Assembly: GCA_964188305.1 (NCBI GenBank) | Contig: OZ076886.1 | Length of the DNA stretch: 64,000 nt | Reading direction: 5' to 3' (one strand) | Source of the DNA: Podarcis bocagei | Lineage: Eukaryota | Shown here: in pieces, positions 38,699-53,026 of the stretch | How positions within the stretch are numbered: the stretch's first letter is position 1 | How the letters are laid out: each line of letters starts with the position of its first letter | Notes under the pieces: model-generated | Databases searched by the model: none | Seen by the model: only the letters and a program-made list of their open reading frames with translations | Told to the model about the DNA's origin: nothing | Program-made: the position numbers and the translations under genes

Positions 38699-39909
38699 CT
38701 GTCAAAAAAAGAAAGTTTTAAATGGGCAGCTGGAAATTATATTTCAGAGAACAGCCCGTTTACTGTCGGAGAGAACAACAAAAAAAAAACCCCTATTCTT
38801 GGAACAAACCAGCTGCTTCTTCCCCAAAACTAAGTAACACTCCCAACTATTTTTTTTATTGCTATTGTTATTTTTGGCACAGCAGAGCAACTTGCTGTTG
38901 GGCACAAGTCCCTACTTCTAAAATGTTATTCTAAGGTGTTTTAAGTCAAACTCGGGCGCTTGCTGCTTAAGAACATTATAATAAACAACATACGAGATCT
39001 CACACGAAATCAGGACTGTCTAACTTACAGCTCTTCCAAACAGAAATATTGCTACTGCCTCACATTCATAAACCTCTTTATTCAAATACTGTAGTTGTTG
39101 AAATAATCCTGAAGGGTTGTTCGGTATTATTATCCTCACACTGCAGATGCAGTGAAGTTGAGGCTGAGAAGAGACACAGCTTGCCTAAGGGCTACCAAGA
39201 AAGTTTTCACCGCAGAGGTGAGGATGGGAACAAGAGACTTCCTGGTTTGCAGCTGATTCCTTTAGTTATTATGTTACTCTGACGTCTGCCTAACCCTGAA
39301 CGCCCATGCGATCATGTCCCCCAAGACCTCCCACAGAGTAAACGGGAGAAAACAAAGCCTTGACTTCAGCCCACAGGAAACTTCCTTTCAGATCACTGCC
39401 CTCTCACACAAAATGAACACCAGCCCCCCTATGCCCCCTGTACCTTTAGGCCCATCTGAAGCAGCTTCAATGCTCATGACTCCACTTACGCATTTGTTTA
39501 CAGGTTTGGATTGCAGCTTGAACAGAGAGGGCTGCTGCAGATACTTGAACTTGCCAACAGGATGAAATAGTTGTCATAGTTGAGAGCTGACGTGGAAACA
39601 GCTCAGAAGCATCCTAAAACTCACAGTGCTCCTTTTTCTGCTTTAATTTGAAGATGAAGCCTGCAGCTGGTTCTCAGGGGTTTGCCTGTTGTTTTGTAAT
39701 AGTGCTAAAAAATAATATGTTTTGCCCATCACAACATTCCCCTGAAGTCCCTAAAAGTCACGCCTTTTCACAACCAATCAGGCTTGAATTTTAATAATTT
39801 GTCTTGAACATGTCTATGAAGTAAAAGGATTAGCTACACTGGAGTCTGAACTAAGGGAGCAAGTCAAATTTGTCCACTGTAGTTCAGGTATTTATCTGAA
39901 CTATCACAT

Positions 39910-39954
39910 GCACATACCCCTTCATATTTTGCACATACCCCTTCATATTTTGCA
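39910..39954. repeat. Exact 21-bp tandem duplication
   Basis: GCACATACCCCTTCATATTTT x2 plus GCA. Confidence 0.95.
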
Positions 39955-42376
39955 AGTGGTGAACTATGTTTTTGTCTGCAGCTAAAAGTGCCCCCTACCC
40001 CAAATCTCAGTCCAGGGAAGGAGCCAACTCCAAAAACTTCAACACTCTGTTCTATGTGCAGACTGGCTTGCTTTGTGCTGGATTATAAGGAATATATTCA
40101 GGATTACACTTCATGCCCCCTCCTTTGTGAAATTGCCCTGTTTCAAGATATATCTTGTACTTGGAATGACTTAGACTTCATATGTGCCAAATTTCAGCTT
40201 TTGAGTGACCTGGAAGTACCACTGCCTTTTGGGGGAAGGGCTATCCGTTTGGGAACTGAGGCAGCACTGAAGTCGGGGTATCATTTTGGTGACACAAGAA
40301 TCGAGTTTCAGGGCCCGAACTAATCAAATTGGTAACCCATGTAGGTGAGGCCTAATTGTCAGCTAGGGCATGGGCTGAGGGCAAATGATGCAGCCACCTT
40401 GCTAAAACTAAGCCAGTCTCTCTGGTCCGTGCTGGGATGGGAAACCACCTCAAATCCTCATGCATATTGCCTTGAATATAATTAAACTCAAATAAAATTA
40501 AAACCATATATACACACAGAAACACATCCATCTCTTATCCATCAGGTGACTATTCACTTGATTTGGAGGATTTCCCCCCCCCCACTGGTTTCTCCTACTC
40601 TGGAACTAGAAGTGCATATACTTTGCATATGCACGCTTTTAGCAGTACTCACATCAACAAATATTTACAGTGAGCAATCTCTGCAAATTCTATTATCATT
40701 GTTATTCTATTATCACTCAGGTGTGGCTAATTTTTCTGCGACAGGAGAACCCCAGTGGAGTGACCTTTGTTCACTGTCATGTGTCATAGAGCTTTGCTTT
40801 GTTGCAAATTTTCTCATGTTTCTTTGTTGCAAATTTGCTTTGTTGCAAATTTCAACTGTGTCAAGCATCTCCTGACTCATGCACCAATAAATTCCCATGC
40901 ACTGATCATTGCTGTTAATCTATCTATACAGCATGTTCTGGCACAATCTATAATGCAGCTTGAGCCAGGTTCTTGTCACAACACCATCAGGATATATCTC
41001 ACCTTGTTAGTGCTGAAGGGCTGACTGTACACTGAGACTGCAACCACTCTCAGTAATCAGTATCTAAACCCATGAAAAGTAATTTTCCTGTTTGCTGCCC
41101 GTGTACTTAGAAACACCCCCCCCCAAATAAAAACACAGTTATTTAGCATGGCGGAAGGTGTTTATTACAGTTGGGTACTTGAAAACTTAATGGGGAAAGT
41201 CCTACTAGCATTATTTAATGTCATTTCTGACATAGATCATAAGTTTACATCTGTAAAAAAGAAGGGGGGGGGAGGAATGCTTTGAAAACAAAGTGCACAG
41301 AAAATTCTGGAGCCGCCACTGACTCTTTGATAGCTTATGGCAGAGTCTAGGAGCATCTCAAAGTCTAACAGATTTATTATTGCATGAAGCTGAATGGGTT
41401 AGAGTTCACTTCAACAGATACAGAAATCCAGGAGCATTCTTGGGTGAACAGTTTGTTCATATGGGGTGGGTGCAAACCATTTGCTCAGAACAAGGGATGA
41501 ATGAGTGCTTGGGAAGACAACATGACTTCAACCGGACACCTTTGGCTCTTGAGAGAGACAAAGAAGAAAAGAGTAATGCCAAAAGCACATTCTTTGCATT
41601 TCTGCTTCCTTGTTTAAAAAGCAAGCAATGATATTACCTGGCTGTTCTCTGGTCACCCCCCCCCCCTTCTCCCATGTAATCTCCACCCTCTTAAAAAGAA
41701 TCAAACTGCCCATAGCTCAATCTTATTAGTAATTGCTCTCCTAGATTTCAAAACTTCTTGAATGCTGTCTGCCACTTTTGTCTGCAAATCCCGCCCTTTG
41801 TGTCCCATGGCTCCAAATAATACAAATCGAAAGCAAGTCAAATGTTTGCCAACTAGGTGTGCCGCTTCCTTTGGTGACAGAGGCCCCGGTGCCTTTAGCA
41901 ACTGCATGACAGGCATTCCAACATTCCTCCAAGAGGAGAAAGCCAAAAGGCATAGCTAAGCCTTGTCCACTTCCGCTTCAGGCTCAGGTCCTGCTCCAGG
42001 AGAGGCCTTTGTGGAATGAGCGATGCTCAGGCTCATTTTGCTGGCTGCTACCAATTGAGCAGTGTGCTCCTTGCACTGTGGCAGCAGGCCCTGTGATCGT
42101 AGGAAGTTGCCTTAGTCAGACCACTAGGCCCATCTAGTTCAGCACTGTTGACCCTGGTTGACAGCAGCCCTCCAGGTTTCAGGCAGGGTGCAATGCCAGC
42201 CCCACTGAGCACAGGAACTTCTGCATGCAGAGTAAGTGCTGTAACACTCAGCTGTGGTCCTAACTAGTTAGGATAAGACAGACTTGAGCTATATTACAAA
42301 ATTTGACAGGTTATGTCTTGTGCCACCCTCAGGGTTGGTGAAAACAACCAATAAGCCTAAGGCACTTGATTCATGA

Positions 42377-42634
42377 CAGGGGTCAGTAAACTTTTTCAGC
42401 AGGGGGCTGGTCCACTGTCCCTCAGACCTTGTGGGGGGCCGGACTATATTTTGAAAAAATAAAATGAAAAATGAATGAATTCCTATGCCCCACAAATAAC
42501 CCAGAGGTGCATTTTAAATAAAAGCACACATTCTACTCAGGTAAAAACACGCTGATTCCCGGACCATCCACAGGCCAGATTTAGAAGACGATTGGGTCGG
42601 ATCCGGCCCCTGGGCCTTAGTTTGCCTACCCAAG
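42377..42634. mobile_element. hAT-type MITE (same family as 8358-8521)
   Basis: Shares CAGGGGTCAG..CTTTTTC..GTCCAC.GTCCCTCAGACC.TGTGG.GGGCCGGACT and the GGGCCTTA.TTTGCC.ACCC end. Confidence 0.7.
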
Positions 42635-42954
42635 TACTAGAGAGGCTGCGCCAATCTTTGGGAGAGACAAGGAGCTGAGTGCCAGCTCTGCTCCCCTTGT
42701 AATCCAAGAGGGATCTTCATTGAGAGAAGCACATTTCTTTCACCACAGGGAGGGTCAAGGAAACTGGATATTATTGTGGAGTCCAGGTTTAAGTGTATGC
42801 CAACTTAAACCTATTTCCAACTTGGGGCTTTCAAAAAATCTCTCTCTCTCTCTTCCCTACCTATGCAACTAAGACCAATGTACACTGAAAATCTTGCCCT
42901 CAGATATGTAATATATTAATGCCACTGAAATATTTCAAACAAGCCAGTGGGCTT

Positions 42955-43222
42955 TGTTATGTACTGAAGTTCTCACCCTGGGCCAGCAGGGGGATACTGT
43001 AGATAGTTCAGGTCAGGTCCACATATGCAAATAAGGGATCGAAAGTGATGTTCAGTGATTGGATAGTTACAGAAAATGGTTACTGTTGCGTTCTAGTGGA
43101 GCTCTATATAAGCAGGCTGGCTGAACCCTTCAGTTCTGTTCAGTTCTGTTCTGGCCTGTGAATAAACAAGAGCTGTTTGAAGAATCTCTGTGTCGTCTGA
43201 TATGTTCACCCGCAACTTAACA
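42955..43222 (+). mobile_element. Solo LTR (268 bp), probably Gypsy-type
   Basis: TGTTA...TAACA inverted termini, perfect 5-bp TSD GGCTT; internal ATGCAAAT, ATTGG, TATATAA and AATAAA in LTR order. Confidence 0.88.
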
Positions 43223-46200
43223 GGCTTGCTCTGCAGGAATCACCCTACTAACCCTAGTTTCCCCCACTGAGACATTTCACTTCCTTGCCGTTTCTTTCTG
43301 CTGCCCTAGAATTGCTGAGATGAGAAACTGTAGAGTCAAAGAAGTCACATCCGTTTGGAATGAGTCAACTCAAATAACTTTGAATCTTGCTAATCTGATT
43401 ATGGTGGCTGCATTCTCACTTTTTTAGTCTTGTGCTGCATGCATGAAGGTATATTTGTGACTGTAGTTTTCATATTTCAGTTACAGATTTCTATTTGCCA
43501 GGCACAACCATTGTTATTCTCTGTGATGTAATTTGCTATCTCAGCTTTAAATTCGTTTAAATTCAGCTGCCTTCCTTCACTATTGAGTGGATATAGAATT
43601 TGATGTGGAGCCAGTTTGAGACCAGTTTGTAGACGATTGGAGAGGACTAACCCCAGCTTAGCTTGGATCAATATTAGCCATGTTACGATATTTACATAGC
43701 CTTATTTGGGTTTGGGACGGGATGAGGAGAAAGGAGTGTGCCAGTCCATTTATTAAGGCATAAAGGTTAGAAAAGTCAGTGAATACAGGATGCAGGGGAG
43801 GAAGCCACAGAACCTTAGATAGTTTTTTTTTTTAAAAAAAAACAATTTGCAATTAAGATAAGAATAAATATGGGCGGGGACTGTTTGTACACAGTCTCCC
43901 TACAGCTCAGAAATCCAGTTTAAGTTGCAGTACAGGCTCTAATAGTTCCAGGTGTATGAGGTTCTAATAGTTCTAATGTCAAAGTTTGCCTTCTAGCACT
44001 AAACAGGATGTTCTGTACATTCTACTCTGCAGAACACATCATTAAGCAGTACTTTTTTTTAAGGTTGTGCCTATCAGCAAAACCTACATGATCAAATTTA
44101 ACTGGGGATGGTTTCTGTGCTTCTTCCAAAATGGCACCCAGCTGCATTTTGTGCTGGAGTGCAAACATGGGCGTAGTTAGGATTTACTGGGGGACAGGCT
44201 TTATGTTAGGTGGAGCAGAACTGAGTTATCTGTGATGCAATTGGTCAGTTAGTTATTTTAATTTTATTTTCTAGATTTTTTTGGGGGGGGAGGCAGCTGC
44301 CCCTGGCCCCTCCTGGCTACGCCCTGGCTGCAATAAGGAAAGGAGAGCCAACAGGCTCTAACCAGCCACACTTGGAACAATTGTCACACTCTCTATTCTA
44401 ACTCCAGCCTAGAACCGTAGAGTTGGAAGAGAACCCAACAGTGTAACTCTCTGCAACGCAGGAATCACAGCTAAAGAATCGCTGATAGATAGGAGAGGCC
44501 ACCACTTCCACTGTTGAATGGCTCTTACTATCAGAAAATTCTTCCTAATGTTTAGTCAGAATCTCATTTCTTTCTGGTATCAACCATGGTTGATTTTTGG
44601 TTCAGTCATGGTAGCAGTTAGTGGAAGGTCACCCCTAAATACCTGTACATCGTAATCCATCCCACCATGGAATTCTGAATACGTTTTCCTTTATTGTGGG
44701 GTGGGGCTTTTAAACTGGTCATTATTATATTAGAAGTTAAAATACATGACCTTAAAGGAAAGACTCTCATGGCCCAGCAATCCGAATAATGCCTTTTAAA
44801 TGGATGCTTGAATTAGCATCTTTTTGAGACAGCCTTGCAACTTCTATCAGGGGAGATAAATTCCACCCATTCAAACCTTTTAACACAATCTCCACTCCTT
44901 TCACCAAAGGGGATTTAAACTCTCTGGCATGGCAATTTAACTGCTGAGAAAGCAAAGATTAGTGTTGCAAGCTTGGCACCACCCTTCCTATGTGAAGAAT
45001 TCATGACCTTTGGTCCCTCCTCTTACAAAGTGGCAATTCACTCAACTATTAATCCTGCAGGGGGAAAAACACTGAACAGTAGGGTGTGCGACAGATACAC
45101 ACACATTATTGGGTGTGTTCCTTCTACTTCTCTGAAACTCTCAGAATTTACAGCTAAATTCTCTGTGAAAACTATTCCAGCCTTCTGAAAGGATTCCCCT
45201 ATATGCAATTCATCTCCGTATAAGAAATGAATTAAATACCCTAGTGCAAGAACCGTCTGTAAAACTGACTTATTTGTTATCCTACCCCTTTTTGTGGCAA
45301 GTGTAAATAAGCAGAATTGCCTGTATAGTATTTGAACAGCAAAAATCAGTTCTGAGAGGACTGGCCCTAAAGTGGACCTTACTAGATGAGTGATAAAGCA
45401 AAGATGGGAGAGTCAGTTGTTATAGAGGCAACTCCTTTTCTGAGCTCTGTAATTTTTAAAATATTGCAAATACAAATTGATCAGTGCAAGTCCCTAGAAA
45501 TCTTAACTGTGAATAAGGTCTTATATCCTGTTGTAAAGAATCCCGTTGACTAGCTTCTGCAATATAAACCTTACCTAATCACAAGCAACAGAGGGAGTTC
45601 AGGGTTAATAGGTCATATAATGGCCAACACAGGAAGGGCTTGGTCAAAGAACTTGGTTGGCCAAACAGCAGCACCTCTTGAACAAGTGGTGGTGCAAGGA
45701 TTCTGCTCTGGCCAAAAGGAGGAAACCGTACTCATACTAGGCAAATGGAATATTCATGCACCAAGAAGCCAGCATGTCGCATGCACCAGTAGATAGCACA
45801 ATAGATAGCACTCCCTGATCCTTATAAAAGGTCCCAGGTCAAACTTGTTTGCTGATATAAGCATTTAGGAGACCTGTTCTTTATGACTACAGATCAGCTT
45901 CACAGCACTACAATCTCTCTGAACAGGAGTGCTCTCACTCTCTCTCCAGACTAAAAGCTTCCCTCAGACTTTCTAGGCACTCACATGATCTCCCAAAGCC
46001 ATAGCAGATTTCTGGTGATTTCACAGAATACCACAAAACAAACCTCATTTGGAGGGGGGGGGGGGAGAGAGAGAATTCAAATGTCAACAGCTTGTCTGGC
46101 ACACAAGTATTCAGTAGGTGGAATTTAAATAACCAGCTCTCTGTAAAACAGATTGCTTCCATTTTGCCATTATTCTCTTACAATACAAGGGTGCTATTCA

Positions 46201-46682
46201 CTAGGGAGCTCAGGCATAATGCTTTGTTTTTTCCTGAACAAAATAGCCTACAAGGAGAAATATGTGGGAAATTTAGTACTGGGGACATAGTATTATTGCC
46301 CCTCTGACCAGAAGGAAGTGTTGTAGCAACACATGCCTCCTTCAATTAGCCCACATATAGAGGAGGAAAATGCATGTTCTGGTCATCTATATATTGTTCT
46401 TCCCTAGGTAAGAAGCTGCACCACTTACAAAGTGGCCATGGGTTTCTTGTGGCTGTCTCCTGCTTACTGCTCCATGCATAAACCAAAAGCAGCAGCAGCA
46501 GCTTGGTCCCCTGGGATTGGAGGAAGAGAAACTATGTCATTCCCATTCATCTTCCTTACACCTGCCTAGCCAGTCCCAACAGCTGCAATCTGGATGGTGC
46601 TGTTGGCTGCTCCAAGCCCCTTAAGGACCAGGCATGGCAAACACACCACAGTAGTGACAATGTGGTTGGCAGCCACTGAGAG

Positions 46683-46720
46683 GCAGCAGCAGCAGCGGCG
46701 GCAGCAGCAGCAGCGGCAGC
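46683..46720. repeat. (GCA/GCG)n trinucleotide microsatellite
   Basis: GCAGCAGCAGCAGCGGCGGCAGCAGCAGCAGCGGCAGC in intron 2. Confidence 0.9.
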
Positions 46721-47965
46721 GTCATTCAGAATGCAGTGGATGTCCTCAGCCATCTCACAAATGGTGCTAGTGACTGGACAGCCCAGTTCCATACTTTGGC
46801 ACTGAACCAATTCTCTCTCCGACCCTCCGTGTTCACATTTAACTATTTCTTCCTGTATAATTTCTTGTTAGCTTTTGGGAAAAGTTACAGGCTAGGCTGC
46901 GTGAGATGGTGTGCTGTTTATATTAATGCGTAATAATACAAAGCAATACAATTTGCAAATGAATAAAAGAAAAATGCATACTTTGCCAGTAAAACCTACA
47001 TCTGATAAGGGATGGCCTTGTCTGAGCGATCTCTCTTCAAAACGGATGCCTGGTTAAAATCCAGATATGCTTGCATTTTAATCAACAAAGAGAGCTAAGT
47101 CATAATTTTCAAAAGGATACAAGCAAGCCTGTACCAAAAGCTAACTCTCTAATTTAATCAACTTCCTTTAAAGCACTGTTCTGTATTAATAAAACAACAA
47201 GATAGGAGCTTTGCTGATTCATGAGCATCTACATGCTGATGCTTGAACTGCAGGCCTGATGCTTCATTTTGACCTTAAAAACATGTTTTTATTGAAGACG
47301 TGACAGCTTCCAAAGAACTGCTAAGTGCCTTCTTCCTCAGGACATGCCCACACTGGAGTTCCTTGCCTTTCCAACATTATTTCTGCAGGCCACAACCTGA
47401 AGTGTTGGGGGAGTTGAATCAGAAAGCACTGCAGAGGGTGTTGTTCTACCCTGGGAGCTCCTGCTAACCACAATGGTGCTACAAGCCACAAACACATCAC
47501 CCCAAATCTGCCATTTGGAGGATAAGAGACAATTTGCCAGCATGTGTGTTTGTCACAGCAGAGGTGCAGCACTGCTTGCAAGGACAAGATGATTGAAAAT
47601 AGCCTTATGCAGACATGTCTTTATAGAGGAGAGCTTAGCTCCAGGCAAATAAACTTCTGCAGGAGATAATGGCATGGTTCTGCTTCACACATTAGGACAG
47701 GGAGGGGAGTGTGTCACAGCTGCTGGCTCTGCTGCCAACCTGTGTGTGCTGACCTTGCATGAAGCCAATCCGTTCAATGAGGAGCTATGCCATGACCACG
47801 TTTCCCAACTACACACCTGAGTAGGACTTGCCATTATGTTCCACTGAACACACACAGATTGGGAGTGGGGCTCTTAGCCACACACAGGTGGGCAGCGGAG
47901 TCACCTGCCGCAATCCTGCAACCTTCCACATGTTTATCGAATGAGCCCCATCGGCATGATACATA

Positions 47966-48134
47966 CCGTATTTTTTGCACCATAACACTCACTTTTTTCC
48001 TCCTAAAAAGTAAGGGGAAATGTCTGTGCGTGTTATGGAGGGAATGCCTATGAGTGGCATGCCTACGGATTTTCCTCCTCTAAAAACTACGTGCGTGTTA
48101 TGGTCGGGTGCGTGTTATAGAGCGAAAAATACGG
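47966..48134. mobile_element. Complete Tc2/pogo-like MITE (169 bp)
   Basis: TA|CCGTATTTTT ... AAAAATACGG|TA termini with TA TSD and subterminal GCGTGTTAT repeats. Confidence 0.85.
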
Positions 48135-49789
48135 TAAGCCAATCCTTGCCTTCGCAAGATCATGCTCATAGCCACTTTGCTCCTCTCTCGTAATTTTTAC
48201 TGCTGCACCATTCTGAGCTAAGCTTTGGCTTAGGTTTGGCTTACCATGTCAGCCCAACTCTCAGTGAAGCATTCTTTTAACTTACCACAAGCTGTAACCA
48301 TGGTTTGTTCTTGGCTCAGCTCAGCACAGCAGTCAAAAGGAACAGAGAGGAGTGAAAGTGGATATGAGCTGTTACCTGTAAACTGGAACGTTCAGGCGGC
48401 TTTGCGAAGGCGTATTTTGTATTACCGTGTCTTGCAAACCAGCTCAGTGTGTGGAGGGGGAACAAGACGACAGGAATTCAGACACCAGAAGGGAATTGAA
48501 TCTACCGTTGTGAGTGACAGAAACCTGGGCATGATTTGGTTAAGAGAATCAAACTAAATCATGTACATATTTTAAAGAAAATTGGATATTAGCTTTTTCT
48601 AATGCTCTTGAAAAGAAAGCACACTTCACTTGATAAATATGGTACACATTTTACTCTCACCGTTACAAATCTGCAGGAAAGAGTGAAGGAAACTCTCTTT
48701 GGCCTGTAAACATGACCATAAAATCTGTGTGGTCTAGAATATGCACTAAAATGGTTCTTTCCTGATTTGAACCTCATTATAAACAGCACCCACACGCACA
48801 GACAAATGGAAGAGAGACTGAAAAGCATTTTAGGGTTGTGCATGAAAAAGCCATCATGCAAGAGAAAAAGGTCTGAAGAATAAATATAAGAGCCAAAAAC
48901 TGCAACAGCTTGCAAGTGGGAGTCAGATGCATTTTCTATTGCAAAACTGAGCAAAGCCCCCCAACTGCTAACGTCTTATTTGAAACGTGGAAGCCATTGT
49001 TCATAGCTGTTCCTGTATCAGGAGTAATAGGCCACCACAATGAATAAAGCAGGAGCAGGCAAGATGCTACCTGTTCCACCCACAACATCCCCTTTGAGCC
49101 ATTTTTTATGCAACTTACCAGTTCAGCATGCCAATCACTTAAAAAAAAAAAAAAGACCTAGATCTTTTACGGCTTTCTAGAAAAGGCTGAATACAGCGAT
49201 TGCATATCTTTAAGCAAGTGTGTCTCCTTCCAAGAAAATGTGATTAGAATCAACGTTCTAGGCAGCTGGGGAGAGAGGCTACCTTGTGAGTCATTCCCCT
49301 CCTTGTCCCTGTGGCCCACTCCAATCGCGTTGCTTAAATACTTCCTTCCAAAAAGCCCCAGTAAGAAACCTCCTGCCCATACCCACCAACCATCTTTTCA
49401 CTAATAATTAGGTGAACTTGGGTAATTTCTTCCATATACATATATTCTGATTGGACAAGGTCCATTTTCTTTATGCATCTCTTTTGATTTCCATACCGTA
49501 AAGCCAGGAATGTTTTGGAAAAGGTTCTCTCCAGGTCTTAGAGCCAATATTTTAAACAATCATCATTATGCTTTTAATACACACACCCTCTAAAGAAAAG
49601 CTCTGAATACTTTCTGCTGTCTTTGCAAGAGGAAATGCATAACACATTGTCCTTTCATACTGGCTCTAGAAAATGGTCATATACCTGAAGACAAACTCCT
49701 TCCCACCAAATTTTGAAAGCTTTCCCTCACATGAACTCACCTGGACCCTGCAATCACCATCTACGGCCTTTCTCCACTTGCCCCCTCCA

Positions 49790-49950
49790 CAGGTCATCTG
49801 GAGGGTGGCAACATGAGAACGAGCCTTTTTAGTGGTGGCTCCTTACTTTGGGAATGTTCTCCCCAGGAAGGCTCACCTGATACCCTCTTTGTCTAGTTTT
49901 ATGCACCAGACAAACCCTTTCCTTCTTATCTTGGCTTTTGGCCCTTAATT
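49790..49950 (+). mobile_element. Degenerate L2 ORF2 3' fragment
   Basis: GAGCCTTTTTAGTGGTGGCTCC..TGGGAATGTTCTCCCC corresponds to the RAFSVVAP.LWN.LP motif. Confidence 0.55.
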
Positions 49951-50034
49951 TGAGGGATTAAGAATGTGTGGCCTCTGCAGACCTGTGCTCCATCACAGAC
50001 AGTTGGAGCAACAGTGTAGCCATGCCAATTCCTA

Positions 50035-50364
50035 CTTTCTTAAACCCCCCGGTTTGACGCAGGGCACACAAGCACCTGGTAGCTTCTCCTGACAGGTAGA
50101 TCCAGCTGCTCCCATTGCTTCAAGTCCCTCCTTGAGCATGGAGGGGATTCCAAAGGCTCTTCAATTTCTGAGACCCACCCGCCGGCTCTTTTCCTGCTGC
50201 CTCCCTGTCTCTGACTGTCCAATCACTTCCCCCTGACTCCCCTCTACCTCCATCCCTGGCAGCCCCCTCACGGGCAGCACAGAGCCCCACAAATCACTGG
50301 CCCCTCCCCCTGGATCATCCTCCCCGTCACCTGCCTCCCCCAATCCCCCTGCTCGTCCCTGACA
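50035..50364 (-). mobile_element. Possible truncated LTR fragment
   Basis: Minus strand starts TGTCA followed by purine-rich sequence resembling squamate Gypsy LTR U3. No second terminus or TSD found. Confidence 0.4.
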
Positions 50365-50896
50365 TCATGTTAAGCCCAAGACCTGTTCTTACATTATGCT
50401 TTACTGAAGGCTTTCAAAAGAACATTCACCACAAGGAATACAAAAATCTGGCATGACGAACACTTACTTTATTCATTACCAAGACAAAGCTTCATTTTAG
50501 TATGGAGATTTGCCTTTAATGCAGTGCAGCAGAGCAAAAAAAAAAATTAAAAAAAAATTGCTGCATTTATTTATTTATTTTACAAGAAAGAAAGTAAGAT
50601 ATGTATTAGTCCAGCTAAATGAGTGACCTCTGGAATAAAGATGGGGGTAAAGCTGGTCATTTACCAAAACCCAGTTACCTATCACAGGTTAAAGAATTGT
50701 GGTAGACAGGTCACAAACTAAAGGGTTGCATTCCACACACAACTGTTACTGCATTTATAAAGCAGATCTAAAACAGCAAGCAGTTCTAAGGGATCCAGTA
50801 AGTAGCTTTTGCAACAGGGCTTCTACACAAAGCTACTTGGAGCCAATCTATGTTCATTTGCAGCCAATGTCTTATTCTCAAGCTCACAAGTTCCTA

Positions 50897-51556
<660 letters not shown>

Positions 51557-51719
51557 TTCACACCTGACACCAAACCATGGTTTTCAACCAAGTGAATGAG
51601 CAAAGCAATGGGCTTCTACACACAGACCTCTCCTCCCGTGAGCCAGGACTTTTGCTTTCTCTTAATCTCAGGTTCTTGTGTAGCATGAGTCAGAGATCAT
51701 GGTTTTGACCAGAGATACT

Positions 51720-51879
51720 GATGGATAGCTCAGTCAGTAGAGCAGGAGACTTTTAACTGGAGGGTTGTGGGTTCAAGTCCCACATTGGGCAAAAGATTCC
51801 AGCATTACAGGGGGTTGGACTATATGACCCTTGTGGTCCCTTCCAACTCTGCAATTCAATGAACCTATGGTTCTATGAT
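51720..51879 (+). mobile_element. tRNA(Lys)-like head SINE with CR1-derived tail
   Basis: A box TAGCTCAGTCAG, B box GGTTCAAGTCC, then CR1-like GGGGGTTGGACT..GACCCTTGTGGTCCCTTCCAACTCT and TTCTATGAT tail. Confidence 0.8.
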
Positions 51880-52977
51880 GTTTGGTTGAGTAGAAATCTG
51901 GCAGCGTTTGTTTCACACAACAAGAAAAGCCAAGATTAAAGCAAAGCAAAACACAGCTCCGCAGAAGTCTTCCTCCTGGCCACGTAGAAAGAGAAGACGG
52001 GAACACATACAAACATGAATCTTTGCTCATGTTAACTCCAACTCATGCACACAGCACTAAACCATGGTTTAGTGTTCCATGAGAACCAGGCTACTGGTAC
52101 AGCAGTTGCACAACTGTGAACCCTGTACAGGGTGCTATTTCTTTACAGCTGGTAGTATAATTTGTGCTATTGGGTGTTAAGAGTTATGTGCCAAGTAAAA
52201 TGATGTACTAATGGTCTAATCAACATGTTAAAATGAAATAATGAATATGGATGCTACCCAAGATAAGGTGAAGTATTAAAACAATAAATTTCTAAACCAT
52301 CTCCGCTCAAATATGCACAACTTCAGACAAAATGCTTAAGGAAAGGCAACTAGAAATGGGGGCAGGTGGGCTCAAACCCAGGCCCCCAACAGGTAGGTCT
52401 TTAGTGCCTTACCCTCCTGAACTAATAGCACCCTGGTATGACAGCAATGTAAGCAGGTTAAACTCTGGGCCAAGGGTGCCCCTCTAGACTTCATTTCTGG
52501 CCTGAATACAGTCGCCTGATGCCATAAGCCAGTCAAGATCCACCAAGTCCTTTAAACCCTTAGCATCAAGGTAAACTGCTCAATGGCATCATCTCACCTC
52601 ACCAGCAGCAGCCCAGTCCTCTGCTTCTGGCCCCTTTGAACCTTTGGTTCACGTGCACCAGTACCACACCCCCAGTTGTAACCTGCCCTCTGAGTTTGGC
52701 CAAGGCCTAAGAGGCCCCCAAGGAACAAACAATGCAGCTCTTCATCCACTGAGAAATGGCAATTGCATATATCGCAGCCCCAGGTGGTGGAGTTTCAGAA
52801 ATCTGCTAGTGGAATTCTCTGAACTCCCAACTCATCGTATGTTGGGTCAGCGGTCTTTGCCCGCCTGCCAACTCTTCTTTACACAATGCAGAGGCGAACA
52901 CAGGCGAGAGAATGACTATAAGCAGGGTTTGCCAGACCTGGGATATTTAGCACAAGATTTCCTAAGGAAAATAAAGG

Positions 52978-52982
<5 letters not shown>

Positions 52983-53022
<40 letters not shown>
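52983..53022. repeat. (CT)n microsatellite
   Basis: About 20 CT units. Confidence 0.95.

Positions 53023-53026
<4 letters not shown>

Noticed and set aside
46556-46810. Poly-alanine ORF
   Set aside because: Translation of an intronic GCA/GCG microsatellite.
51720-51792. Possible tRNA-Lys gene
   Set aside because: Degenerate stems and direct continuation into a CR1-like tail identify it as a SINE head.
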